Of a stretch of 64,000 bases of DNA, positions 37,999 to 47,432 are shown piece after piece (within the stretch, counting starts at the first letter, position 1; every line of letters begins with the position of its first letter). Origin of the DNA: an uncultured Verrucomicrobiae bacterium (GTDB taxonomy: Bacteria > Verrucomicrobiota > Verrucomicrobiia > Limisphaerales > Palsa-1400); assembly GCA_963707025.1 (NCBI GenBank), contig CAVPOM010000018.1:512001-576000 (forward strand). The letters run 5' to 3'. The notes under the pieces are model-generated. The model searched no databases. It saw only the letters and a program-made list of their open reading frames with translations, and had not been told where the DNA came from. The position numbers and the translations under genes are program-made.

Positions 37999-38040
37999 GA
38001 TTACGATTAAGATTAAGATTAAGATTACGATTAAGATTAG
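37999..38040. repeat. Hexamer tandem repeat (GATTA[A/C/G])x7
   Basis: gattac gattaa gattaa gattaa gattac gattaa gattag. Confidence 0.9.
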
Positions 38041-38068
38041 GTTTAGCCTCCACGCCAATATTTTGGCG

Positions 38069-38196
38069 GGCACTGGGACCATGAACCTGCCGCTGTTTGA
38101 CAGACCTCGGTGAAACAAACCGTGTCCGTCTGCTGTTCCCTTGCCCTATCCGATGGGAGGGGAGAGGGTTAGGGTGAGGTGAGGTTTCATGGAAAG
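38069..38196. mobile_element. MITE-like element (CCATGAACC..TTTCATGGAAAG)
   Basis: Short terminal IR ccatgaa/ttcatgg and internal ggagagggttagggtgagg; homologous to 7828-7925. Confidence 0.65.
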
Positions 38197-38248
38197 GGCC
38201 AGCAAGCTGGCGGTTGCGGATTGCGCAAGGTGGGGCATCATGTCGGGT

Positions 38249-38543
38249 ATGGCAGCCGATTATTTGACAACGAATGAGGCGGGAATTTGCCTGGCGGTGA
38301 AACTGGCAGCCGCGCGCCGCCAGGAATGAGATCGGGCCTCCTCTGGGCCGGGAGATCAAGATCAAAGTGACGGCGCCGCCCGTGGAGGGAGCGGCCAACG
38401 AGGCGCTCATCCATTTTCTGGCGGAGACGCTGGGCTGCCCGCGGTCGGCGGTGCGCATTGTTCGCGGCCAGACTTCACGGCACAAGACGGTGGCGGTGGC
38501 CGGGGTGGGCGCGGCGGAGGCTCTGGCCAGGCTGCAGGTTTAA
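38249..38543 (+). CDS. DUF167 (YggU/UPF0235) protein with a +1 frameshift near 38305
   Basis: Manual translation after removing one G in CTGGCAG: MAADYLTTNEAGICLAVKLQPRAARNEI..KIKVTAPPVEGAANEALIHFLA..IVRGQTSRHK. Absent from the ORF track. Confidence 0.88.
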
Positions 38544-39334
38544 AGTTTATGAAAAAATCGGACGGCGGTGGCGGCGGTGGCGGCGCTGAGTTCTTCGAGG
38601 GAACATTTTCTTGCCTCGGCGGCGACGCGGGAAATCTCGCTGACATAAGCCGGCTCGCAACGCTTGCCCCGATGGGGCACGGGGGCCAGGAACGGGCAAT
38701 CGGTTTCCAACATGAATTGATCCAGCGGCGTGGCGGCCAGGCTTTCCCGGACGTTGGCGCCGTTTTTAAAGGTGAGGATTCCAGTGTAACTGACCAGGGA
38801 GCCGAGCGCGAGCACCTGGCGCAATCTTTCCACGCTTTCCGAAAAACAATGGAACACGCCCCGCAGTTTTCCGGCGAAGGGCTGCACTTGCGCCAGGGTG
38901 TCGGCAAAGGCATCGCGTTGATGGATGATGCAGTTCAAGCCCAATTCCACCGCCACTTCCATCTGCTGACCGAAGAGTTCGGCTTGCCTGCTTTTGTAAC
39001 GCGCCAGCTCGCCGGATTCCCGGGGCGCGCGATGGTAATCCAGCCCGGTCTCCCCGATGGCCACGACCCTGGGATGGACCGCCAGTTGGCGCAGGGCGGG
39101 GCGGATGTCCGGCGGGGCGCCGCTGACATGCGCGGGATGCCAGCCGACGGCGGCGAAAACGGCCGGAAAACGTTCGGCGATGGCCACGGCCCGCCGGCTG
39201 CTCTCCAGGTCGGTGCCGATGGAAATGATTTTGGTGATGCCGGCGGCCTGGGCGCGGGCCACCACCTCGGGCAGATCGGCGGCGAAATCCGGGAAATCGA
39301 GGTGCGCGTGGGTGTCGTAAAAAATGGGCGTCAT
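38540..39334 (-). CDS. tatD: TatD family hydrolase
   Basis: DTHAHL, GWHP, AIGETGLDY, IIHQR, VFHCF, LETDCPFLAPVPHRGKRCEP. Confidence 0.95.
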   Translation of the reverse strand: MTPIFYDTHAHLDFPDFAADLPEVVARAQAAGITKIISIGTDLESSRRAVAIAERFPAVFAAVGWHPAHVSGAPPDIRPALRQLAVHPRVVAIGETGLDYHRAPRESGELARYKSRQAELFGQQMEVAVELGLNCIIHQRDAFADTLAQVQPFAGKLRGVFHCFSESVERLRQVLALGSLVSYTGILTFKNGANVRESLAATPLDQFMLETDCPFLAPVPHRGKRCEPAYVSEISRVAAEARKCSLEELSAATAATAVRFFHKL

Positions 39335-39413
39335 TTGTCCTCGGCAAATTAATTTGCCCTGGCCGGAAAAACAAGGGCTTGCATTGCCATGCAAAATGAA
39401 GGAAAAGGAGAAC

Positions 39414-40454
39414 ATGCCTGAAACCTGTTTCCATCCCAGCCTGGAGGGCGCCCAGCACGGCGCGAAATCTTTGACCGAGTTTTTGGATTATGCGCGGGCC
39501 AGCGGCGCGGCGGGCGCCCAGCCTTCCAACTTCATGCTGGAGAAGGGCAAGCGGTTCAAAAGCCCGGAGGAGATCAAGGAGGCTTTTGCCAGCCGCGGCC
39601 TGGCGCTGGACGGCATTTCGGCCCACTGCCCCTTTTGGGTTCACACCACCGCCTGGACCGACAGCCCGACGGTGCGCCCGTTTCTGCCGCCGGAGGTGGC
39701 GCAAAAATCGGCCACCGACATCGAGCAATGGAGCGAGGATTATCTGATGCGGCTGATGAACCTGGCGGCGGCGCTGGGGGTCAAGATCGTGCCCATGTTC
39801 TGGGGCGTGGCCTTTGGATGGGAACTGGCCACCGGCTATCCCTGGGGCTTTTGGAAGGGAGGCGATTACGATCTGCTGGCGCGGGGCCGGGAAAGGTTTG
39901 TCAAGAAGACGGAGCGGCTGCGCGCCCGCGCCAACAAGCTGGGCATCTATCTGGCCCACGAAATCCATCCCGGCACCGCCGCGATGTGCGCGGACGATTT
40001 CAACATGCTGGCGCAAATTTGCGACGGCGACAAATGCCTCACGGTCAACGCCGACCCGTCCCATTGCTGGGAGGGGGAGGACTGGGAGACGCGCTTTCTG
40101 AAGGTGGCGCCGCGCATTTACGCCTGCCACGTCAAGAATATCGTCATCCGCCGCGGCCTGCCCTTGCGCATGATGGAGCCGGCCTGGCAGAAGCGGGCCA
40201 TGCAGTTTGTGGACATTTCCTCGGGCGAATTGAACATGACGCGCTACGTGGAATTGCTGGTGCAGGCCGGTTATCCGCAGCGCTACTGCGCGGTGATGGG
40301 GACAAAAACCGCGCCGCTGGTGGTGGAGGCGGAGAGCGCCTATCGCGACCTGGACGCGGCCAGCGCGGACGGCGTCGCCTATGTGCGCGACCGGCTTTGC
40401 TTCCCGCTGGCCCAAGGCTCCTTTGAAGAGGGCATGGGCACGGCCAAGGTTTGA
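39414..40454 (+). CDS. Sugar phosphate isomerase/epimerase (xylose isomerase-like TIM barrel)
   Basis: AHEIHP, NADPSH, CHVK, VEAE metal-ligand motifs. Confidence 0.88.
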   Translation: MPETCFHPSLEGAQHGAKSLTEFLDYARASGAAGAQPSNFMLEKGKRFKSPEEIKEAFASRGLALDGISAHCPFWVHTTAWTDSPTVRPFLPPEVAQKSATDIEQWSEDYLMRLMNLAAALGVKIVPMFWGVAFGWELATGYPWGFWKGGDYDLLARGRERFVKKTERLRARANKLGIYLAHEIHPGTAAMCADDFNMLAQICDGDKCLTVNADPSHCWEGEDWETRFLKVAPRIYACHVKNIVIRRGLPLRMMEPAWQKRAMQFVDISSGELNMTRYVELLVQAGYPQRYCAVMGTKTAPLVVEAESAYRDLDAASADGVAYVRDRLCFPLAQGSFEEGMGTAKV

Positions 40455-40474
40455 GGCTCGAGCTGCCGTGCGCT

Positions 40475-43400
40475 TCACGGGTTTTCCAGCCAAATCGCTC
40501 CGCTCTGATTGGTGCCAAGAAAATAGCCGGCGGCGTTGGTCTGGTTTTGCAGCACCGCCCCGTGGGCGAGGGTGTTGGTTTTCACCCCCGTTGCCTGGAA
40601 GGTCACGGTCAGGAGGCCGTTGTTCGTATTGATGGCGATGACCAGGTGGTTGGTCGGTCCCAGAGCCGTTCCCGCGTCCAGGTTGGTCAGGTTGTTATGG
40701 CTGCTGCTGTTGGTGCCGATGTTGGTGAAAATCAAGCTGCCGCCGGCCAGGTTGCCGTTGCTCAGAACCAGGGTGGCGCTGGTCAGGTTCAACACCGGCA
40801 CACCCGCCCTGGCCGTGTTCGTGTAGGGCGAGCCGGCCACGCCTTGGGCGATGAGGTTGGTGAAACCCAACGGATACAACGCGCCCGCCACGGCCGGCTT
40901 GATCCAACTGAACGAACTGTTCACGGACACGTTCTGCGGCGGCCCGTTGGTGAAGTAGATCCAGCCCAGCAAACTTCCCTTGCCCGAATAAAGGGATTGA
41001 TAGAGCGGGACGCCTCCGTTCCGGGCAATCGGCGCCGACCAGAGGAAGGGCGTGCCGTCGGCCAGCGCTCCGCCCAGGGTGGAGATGCCGCCCAGGGTGT
41101 TGGTGATGGCGGCGTAACCGCAGCCGTCCGGGCTTCCCACCGGCGCATTGGCGCCCGGCGGCAACAGCAGGGTAAATTGCCCGGCGTAGTTGGTCGCCGG
41201 ATTGGCGCTCGCGCTGAAGACCGCCCGGTCGGCCAGGATCGCCGAATTCCAGCCCGCCGCAGCGTCGCTCACCGCGCCGCCCAACAAGGCGTCGGCTGGA
41301 TTGAAGTCCAGGCTTAAGGTGACGCTGAGAGGTGTCTTGCCCCTGCGGGTGAGGTTGGTTTGCGCGGTCCCCGTCAAGTCAAAGGAGCCGCTGAAGGAAT
41401 TGGAGGCGCCGTCCAGCAGCAGTTTGGCGGTGTAGGCCCCCATGCTGTTGCTCGCGATGGTGACAGAGATAAAACCCGAGCTGGCCTCCGTCACGCCGTT
41501 GCTGGGATAGAACAGTCCGTTATAGACACCGGCCACCGCCAGGAACGGGTTGGTCACAAAGTTGGCCTGCAGCACCAGATTGGATTGCATGGCGAAGGTG
41601 TAGCTGGACGAGGGCGACAGCACAGAGTAAGGGAGAGTCGTTCCGCCGACCCAGTTGGAGAAAAGCCAGTTATGGCCCGCGGCCGCGGTCAGGGTGTAGT
41701 TGGTGCCGATGGCCAGCAGTTTGCCATTGGCAACGGGGGTGATGGCGCCCAGGCCGTTGGTTTGCACGGTGAGGGCGGCGCTGGGGATGTAGAGGAACAC
41801 CACTTTGTTGGTGGGCGAACGGTTGCCACTCGTGTCCTGCGCATAGGCTGCGAACACGTTCGTGCTTGCCAGGGCCGTTAGATCAGCCGTCCAAAGGCTC
41901 CAAGCGGTGTTGCCCGGGGTGGCCACCGTCCAACTGCCGCCGTTAAGTTGATAGAGCACGTTGGACACCTGCACATTGTCGCTGGCCGTGCCGGTGACGG
42001 TGAAAGTGCTGTTGCTCCATCGCTGGCCGGCCGTGGGAGCGGTGATGGCGAGGCTGGGCGGGGTCACATCAACAAAGCTCGCGATGAGCGTCAAATTGGA
42101 CGCCATCACGAAGCTCAGCCTGGCGTTGTTGGTCAGGACGCTGAACGGCTGGTTGGTCCCTCCCGTCCAATTGGTGAATTTAAAGCCGGTGGCGGCCGTC
42201 GCCGTCATGAAGTAATTTGACCCAATCGCCAGAGAATTGCCGTTGTCATCAGGGCTGATCGTTCCGCGGCCGTTCGTCTGGACCAGCAGCGGAGCCGTCA
42301 CCACGTAGAAAAAGCTCGAGCTATTGGTGGGGGTGGAGACGTTGCCGCTGGTATCCACCGCGTAGGCGCGCACCGTGTTGGTTCCCGGTGTCAGCGTCAC
42401 ATTGGTCGTCCAATTGGTCCAGGCGTTGGTGGTGGCGGCGGGAAACCAACTGCCGCCGTTGATTTGGCAGAACACGTTGGACACCTGGACATTGTCCCTG
42501 GCCGTGCCCTTGACGGTGAACGTGCTGTTGCTCCATCGCTGATTGGGTGCCGGCGCGGTGATCGCATTGGTCGGTTTCTGCACATCCACAAAGTTGGCCG
42601 TGAAGCTCAGGTTCGTCGCCATGATAAAAGTCAGGTTGGTGCGGTTGGTCGCAATGCTCCCCGTCCAGCCGTTGAAGGCAAATCCCGCCGCCGCCTTCGC
42701 GGTGATGGTGTAGGGGAAGCCCAGATCGAGCAGTTGCCCGTTGGTTGCGCCGGCGATGGCGCCCCGGCCATTGGTGGAGAGAGCCAGGGGAGCGGGGACA
42801 TCGTAATCGAACAGATGTGAAACCAGCTTGGACATATTGCTGCTCGTGTCCCAGGCTTCCAGCGTCACCAGGTTCGTTCCGGGAATCAAATTCGTGACCG
42901 TGGCGGACCAATTGGTCCATTGGTTGGTGGTGACGGCCAACTGCCAGGCGTTGGTGCCGCCGGCGTTGGCCAAACTGAATTCGACGGCCGCCACGGCCAC
43001 ATTGTCCTTCGCCGTGCCTTTCAGCAGAACCGCCGAGCTGGTCACGGAGGTCGCGGTCGTCCCGTTGTCCGGGGAACTGAAGGCCACCGTGGGTGGGTTT
43101 GTGTCCAGGGCAAAATTAAAGTTGAAAACGGCGTTGCCGGACTGCCCGTTATAGCCGTCCAGCGCGATGTCATACTGCGCGCCGGCAGAGACGTTGAACT
43201 TCACCGAGGCGAGGCCGCTGGCGCGACTGGCGCCATTGTTGGAACTGAAACAAGTGAGGTTGCTGAAGGCGAGGTTGTTGAGCGGGGAGTTGGTATAGAC
43301 GGCCAGGAGCGTTTCAAAACTGCTGCCGGTGGTGTTGATGCTGACGATGCCGATGGCCGGCGCGACCCAGCTCCACCAGACGGAGTGGCCGCCCGCGTTG

Positions 43401-44053
43401 CCGGCGTGATTGGGTTCGCCGGGTTCCTTCGAGGCGTAAGTCGTGTTGACGTCATTGGTGATTCCGGCGGAGGGAATCGGGGCCGCCTCCGCCAGATTAT
43501 CGCTGGACGGAATATTCGCCGTCGTTCCGGCCAGCAGGCTGACATCCGTAATGTTAAAGGACGTCGCATAGCCGTAGGTGGCATCGGTCGTCACAGAAAA
43601 ATAAACATTCACCGTTTCTCCTGCGAAAGAGGAAAGCGTGTTCGATCCCGGGTAGGTGATAAAATTGGTCGTGTAGTTGACGTAACCGTAGGTTGGATAT
43701 GCGCTGTAAGTGTAAGCCAGGGAGATCAGAAGATTGTTATTGGCGTCCCTGATTTCAAACTGCAACAAATCGTCGCCGAGGGGGTTGGTGCTCACCGTGT
43801 CGTAATCCAGACTCAACGTTGCGCCGACAAGGTTGCTGGGAAAAGTGACGGTTTGATAAGCGCTTTGCGTCGCGCCACTGAGGTTTCCCATGGACAGATA
43901 GCCGCCGCCCACCGTGATGCCAGATCCCGTCAACACCCACGGGGCGTAACTTGGGGATGCAAACCCGCCATTCTGAATCAACTGGGTTTGGCCCAAAGCC
44001 GCCGGCAAAAAAGCCAGCAGCAGCACCGCCGGGATCATAATTCGACTCCTCAT
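40475..44053 (-). CDS. Large secreted protein: PPC-like domain, three Ig-like domains alternating with InlB B-repeat-like domains, and a C-terminal beta-rich domain
   Basis: Signal peptide; KEPGEPNHAGNAGGHSVWWSW; 3x GTA.DNV.V..D.SGN and 3x TNG.G.I..A..G..F..W.G..M..NL...ANF. Confidence 0.88.
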   Translation of the reverse strand: MRSRIMIPAVLLLAFLPAALGQTQLIQNGGFASPSYAPWVLTGSGITVGGGYLSMGNLSGATQSAYQTVTFPSNLVGATLSLDYDTVSTNPLGDDLLQFEIRDANNNLLISLAYTYSAYPTYGYVNYTTNFITYPGSNTLSSFAGETVNVYFSVTTDATYGYATSFNITDVSLLAGTTANIPSSDNLAEAAPIPSAGITNDVNTTYASKEPGEPNHAGNAGGHSVWWSWVAPAIGIVSINTTGSSFETLLAVYTNSPLNNLAFSNLTCFSSNNGASRASGLASVKFNVSAGAQYDIALDGYNGQSGNAVFNFNFALDTNPPTVAFSSPDNGTTATSVTSSAVLLKGTAKDNVAVAAVEFSLANAGGTNAWQLAVTTNQWTNWSATVTNLIPGTNLVTLEAWDTSSNMSKLVSHLFDYDVPAPLALSTNGRGAIAGATNGQLLDLGFPYTITAKAAAGFAFNGWTGSIATNRTNLTFIMATNLSFTANFVDVQKPTNAITAPAPNQRWSNSTFTVKGTARDNVQVSNVFCQINGGSWFPAATTNAWTNWTTNVTLTPGTNTVRAYAVDTSGNVSTPTNSSSFFYVVTAPLLVQTNGRGTISPDDNGNSLAIGSNYFMTATAATGFKFTNWTGGTNQPFSVLTNNARLSFVMASNLTLIASFVDVTPPSLAITAPTAGQRWSNSTFTVTGTASDNVQVSNVLYQLNGGSWTVATPGNTAWSLWTADLTALASTNVFAAYAQDTSGNRSPTNKVVFLYIPSAALTVQTNGLGAITPVANGKLLAIGTNYTLTAAAGHNWLFSNWVGGTTLPYSVLSPSSSYTFAMQSNLVLQANFVTNPFLAVAGVYNGLFYPSNGVTEASSGFISVTIASNSMGAYTAKLLLDGASNSFSGSFDLTGTAQTNLTRRGKTPLSVTLSLDFNPADALLGGAVSDAAAGWNSAILADRAVFSASANPATNYAGQFTLLLPPGANAPVGSPDGCGYAAITNTLGGISTLGGALADGTPFLWSAPIARNGGVPLYQSLYSGKGSLLGWIYFTNGPPQNVSVNSSFSWIKPAVAGALYPLGFTNLIAQGVAGSPYTNTARAGVPVLNLTSATLVLSNGNLAGGSLIFTNIGTNSSSHNNLTNLDAGTALGPTNHLVIAINTNNGLLTVTFQATGVKTNTLAHGAVLQNQTNAAGYFLGTNQSGAIWLENP

Positions 44054-44160
44054 ATCGGGAATCATTCGCACATTCCCTCCTTTCTGGCAACCCGCAAGAC
44101 AGGGAATCGGCGGTCTCGCACCGCCGGCTGCACGAGGGCATGCCACCCAGGACGGCCCTG

Positions 44161-44655
44161 TTAGCGGGTTTTGAAAACGATTTTTGGCTTGCCGGCGGGA
44201 TGGGCCGGTTGGGCGAATTTATCCATCAAGCTGGGAGCCAGTGCGGGGGCGGGGGAAGGCTCTGCTTTGCGGGCGGAGGACGGTTGCAGGGCGGAGCGGA
44301 GGGCGCTTTCAACCAGTTGCGTGCAATGGATTCTGACCGGAGGCAAAGGCCCCAGGCCGGGCGCCAGTTGTTCGGGAGACATGGCCAGAACTTCCTCCGC
44401 CGTCTTGCCGCGAATGAGTTCGGTCGCCAGACTGGCCACGGCAATGGCGGTCTCGCAGCCAAAACTTTGAAAAGTCGCGCGGTCAATCACCTTCTTGCCG
44501 GACTGCTCCTTGAATTTAATCCACATCCGGAGCAGGTCGCCGCAGGCCGCGCTGCCGGCGGTGCCGATGGCGTCGGCGCCTTCCAGTTCGCCGAGGTTTT
44601 GCGGATCGCGCGCGGCGGCTTCGATCCGTTTTTGCAGGTCATCGGGGGTGTTCAT
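44161..44655 (-). CDS. IscU/NifU-type Fe-S scaffold protein
   Basis: ACGD, FQSFGC..A.AS, LPPVRIHC. Confidence 0.88.
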   Translation of the reverse strand: MNTPDDLQKRIEAAARDPQNLGELEGADAIGTAGSAACGDLLRMWIKFKEQSGKKVIDRATFQSFGCETAIAVASLATELIRGKTAEEVLAMSPEQLAPGLGPLPPVRIHCTQLVESALRSALQPSSARKAEPSPAPALAPSLMDKFAQPAHPAGKPKIVFKTR

Positions 44656-45197
44656 GAGGCGTACTCCAGTTCGTAACGCGGCACGGCGGGGTCGGCTTCG
44701 CTCGACCAGGCGTCAATGCCGCCGCGCAGGCAGCGCACTTGCGTAAAGCCCTGGCCCAGGAAATAAGCGGCGGCGTCCAGGCTTTGCCGTCCGCGATGAT
44801 CGTAAATGACCAAAAGTTCCGCGCGCGGCCAATGGCCCAGCATTTCCTGCAGGAGCGGTTGGGAAAACAAAACGGCCCCTGCGATGCGCGCGGCCTCAAA
44901 TTCTTCGCGGGTGCGGATGTCCAGCAAACGCACCGTCCCATTTTGCCGGAGCGCGGCCAGGTCGCGCGGGGCGATTTGCAGTTCCTGGTCCTGCTGGTGG
45001 CTGGAGGCAATGTGCTGGATGACCTCCGCCACGTTTAGATTGTTCCGGCGGCAGAGGGCCTCCAGCGTTTCCTCCGGCTGAAATCCGCAACTGGCGCAGC
45101 CGCCGATGTGAAAGCGCCGGAACAAGGCGCGCTGCGCGCCGGGAAAAATTTCCAGGACGCGCTGCATCCTGCTTTGCGGGGTGATGGAATCGTTCAT
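44652..45197 (-). CDS. DUF1858/ScdA_N-like domain (GGCASC) fused to a rhodanese-like domain lacking the catalytic Cys
   Basis: LLDIRTREEF..ARIAGA, IYDHRGRQS, LRGGIDAWS..DPAVPRY. Confidence 0.85.
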   Translation of the reverse strand: MNDSITPQSRMQRVLEIFPGAQRALFRRFHIGGCASCGFQPEETLEALCRRNNLNVAEVIQHIASSHQQDQELQIAPRDLAALRQNGTVRLLDIRTREEFEAARIAGAVLFSQPLLQEMLGHWPRAELLVIYDHRGRQSLDAAAYFLGQGFTQVRCLRGGIDAWSSEADPAVPRYELEYAS

Positions 45198-46414
45198 GGG
45201 CCGAAGAATTCCCGGATTTTTTCCAACACTTCCACCAGCCGGTCCACTTCCTGGCGCGTGTTGTAAAAATAAAAGCTGGCGCGGGCGGTGGAATCAATGC
45301 CCAGCCTCTTCATCAGCGGCTGGTTGCAATGGTGCCCGCCGCGCAGGGCCACGCCGTACTGGTCGGCGGCGGTGACGACGTCATGGGCGTGGATTTTGTC
45401 CAGCAGAAAACTAACCACCCCGGCCCGGCCGGTTTTCGGGCCGAAAAGGCGCAGGCCTTTGAGCCGCGACAGCCCGTCCACGGAATAAGCGGCCAGTTCC
45501 TGGTCGTGCTGGAAAATGTGGCCGCGGCCGATGGCATCCAGATAGTCCATGGCGGCGTGCAGGCCGACCGCGCCGGCGAAATCCGGCGTGCCGGCCTCGA
45601 ATTTATGCGGGACGGTGTTCCAGGTGCTGTGGAAAAAATCAACGCTGGCGATCATGTCGCCGCCGCCCTGGAACGGCGGCATTTCCTCGAGCAACTCGCG
45701 CCGGCCATAGAGGACGCCAATGCCGGTGGGGCCGCAGATTTTGTGGGCGGAGAAGGCGAGAAAATCGCAGCCGATTTCCTGCACGTCCAAAGGGAGATGC
45801 CCGGCGCTTTGGGCGGCGTCCAGCAAGGTGACGCTGCCGCGCTGGCGGGCGCGGGCGCAAAGTTCGGCCGCGGGATTGATCGTGCCCAGGGTGTTGGAAA
45901 TATGGGTGAAGGCAAAAAGTTTCACGCTTTTGGCCAGCGCCGCCTCCAGCCCGCGCAAATCCAAAAGTCCGTCGTCCCCAGTGACCGGGACATAGGCCAG
46001 AGTGGCGCCGGTCCGTTCGGCCAGCAACTGCCAGGGAACGATGTTGCTGTGGTGCTCCATTTCGGTCAGGAGGATGGTGTCCCCGGCGTGAAGGTTTTTG
46101 ACGCCCCAGGTGTTGGCCACCAGGTTGATGCCTTCGGTGGTGCCGCGGGTGAAAATAATTTCGGCGGGCTGGCGGGCGTTGAGGAAGCGGGCGGTGCGGG
46201 CGCGGGCGCCTTCGTAGGCCTCGGTGGAGCGCCGGCTCAATTCATGAATGCCGCGATGCACATTGGCGTTGTCGTGCTCGTAAAAGCCGCTTAACGCCTG
46301 GATGACGGCCCGCGGCTTCTGCGCGGTGGCGGCGTTGTCAAAATAGACCAGCGGATGGCCGTGGACCATCTGGTCAAGAATAGGAAAATCCGCTCTGGCG
46401 CGTTCCACGGGCAT
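45194..46414 (-). CDS. sufS: Cysteine desulfurase SufS
   Basis: YFDNAATAQKP, NVHRG, EHHSN, SAHK PLP lysine, RGGHHC. Start may be 46432. Confidence 0.97.
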   Translation of the reverse strand: MPVERARADFPILDQMVHGHPLVYFDNAATAQKPRAVIQALSGFYEHDNANVHRGIHELSRRSTEAYEGARARTARFLNARQPAEIIFTRGTTEGINLVANTWGVKNLHAGDTILLTEMEHHSNIVPWQLLAERTGATLAYVPVTGDDGLLDLRGLEAALAKSVKLFAFTHISNTLGTINPAAELCARARQRGSVTLLDAAQSAGHLPLDVQEIGCDFLAFSAHKICGPTGIGVLYGRRELLEEMPPFQGGGDMIASVDFFHSTWNTVPHKFEAGTPDFAGAVGLHAAMDYLDAIGRGHIFQHDQELAAYSVDGLSRLKGLRLFGPKTGRAGVVSFLLDKIHAHDVVTAADQYGVALRGGHHCNQPLMKRLGIDSTARASFYFYNTRQEVDRLVEVLEKIREFFGP

Positions 46415-46418
46415 GGCC

Positions 46419-46952
46419 TTACAACATGCCAAGTTGCAGCTTGGCGGCTTCGGAAAGCATCTCGCGGTTCCAGGGCGGGTCCCACACCAGAAAGACCCCG
46501 GCCTCCTTCACGCCGGGCAGGGCCAAAACCTTGCTTTCCACGTCCTGTTGCAAAACAGGGCCCATGCCGCAGCCCGGCGCGGTCAAGGTCATTTTGATCT
46601 CCACCCGGTGGCCGCCTGCCGGCAGCGGGAGAATTTGCAAATCATAGACCAGGCCCAGCTCGACGATATTGACCGGAATCTCCGGATCATAACAGGTGCG
46701 CAAGACCTCATAAACCTGTTCTTCGCTCAATTGGCCCGGCTCGGTGGCGGCGGTGGCAGCCGGCGGCTGCCTGCCCAGGGCGTCGGCGTCGGCCCCGGCG
46801 ATGCGCGCCATGTTGCCATGCACGATGACCGTATAACTGCCGCCCAGGGCCTGCGTGATGACGACGGGCACGCCGGCTTGCAGAGTGATGGCCGTGCCGC
46901 CAGGAATCAGCACCGCCGGACAATCCCGCTTCATGGTGACTTCTTCGTTCAC
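46419..46952 (-). CDS. sufT: Fe-S cluster assembly protein SufT (DUF59)
   Basis: ITQALGGSYTV, CYDPEIPVNIVELGLVY, MTLTAPGCGMG, WDPPW. Confidence 0.95.
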   Translation of the reverse strand: MNEEVTMKRDCPAVLIPGGTAITLQAGVPVVITQALGGSYTVIVHGNMARIAGADADALGRQPPAATAATEPGQLSEEQVYEVLRTCYDPEIPVNIVELGLVYDLQILPLPAGGHRVEIKMTLTAPGCGMGPVLQQDVESKVLALPGVKEAGVFLVWDPPWNREMLSEAAKLQLGML

Positions 46953-46955
46953 GGT

Positions 46956-47405
46956 TTACTCATTTTCTGTGGACACGATGGGCAGGCCGTTCAGCGCGGC
47001 CAGCATGGCGTGCCAGGACAATATAGCGCATTTGACCCGCATGGGAAATTGATGCACCCCTTTCAGGGCGTAGAGGCTTCCCATCGCCTCCTCGTCACCC
47101 TGGCCCGTGACCAGCATCTTCTGGAATTCTGTAAAAAGACTCCGCGCCTCCGCCGCCGTTTTGCCTTTGAGCCGCTCGGTCATCATCGAGGCCGAGGCCT
47201 TGGAAATGGCGCAACCCGCGCCCTGAAAGCTCACGTCGCGGATGACGTCGTTGTCCAGCTTGAGAAAGACGGTGAACCGATCACCGCAGAGGGGATTATC
47301 GCCTTCGGCGCGACGGTTGGCGTCCGGCAGCGCGCGGAAATTGCGCGGGTTCTTGTCGTGATAGCGAACCTCCTCCTGGTAAAGATCGTTCAAGTCGTCG
47401 CTCAT
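46956..47405 (-). CDS. sufU: SUF system NifU-family protein SufU
   Basis: LYQE..H.KNPRN, NPLCGD, GCAISKASASMM, FPMRVKCA.L.WH. Confidence 0.95.
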   Translation of the reverse strand: MSDDLNDLYQEEVRYHDKNPRNFRALPDANRRAEGDNPLCGDRFTVFLKLDNDVIRDVSFQGAGCAISKASASMMTERLKGKTAAEARSLFTEFQKMLVTGQGDEEAMGSLYALKGVHQFPMRVKCAILSWHAMLAALNGLPIVSTENE

Positions 47406-47432
47406 GGCGAAAGGGAGCGCGGCGGGCGGGCG

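Noticed and set aside
37999..38040. Possible CRISPR array
   Set aside because: Simple hexamer repeat with no spacers; no cas genes in the window.
38540..39334. TatD as part of an anti-phage system (e.g. QatD-like)
   Set aside because: Housekeeping-type motifs and no neighbouring ATPase, QueC or other defence genes.
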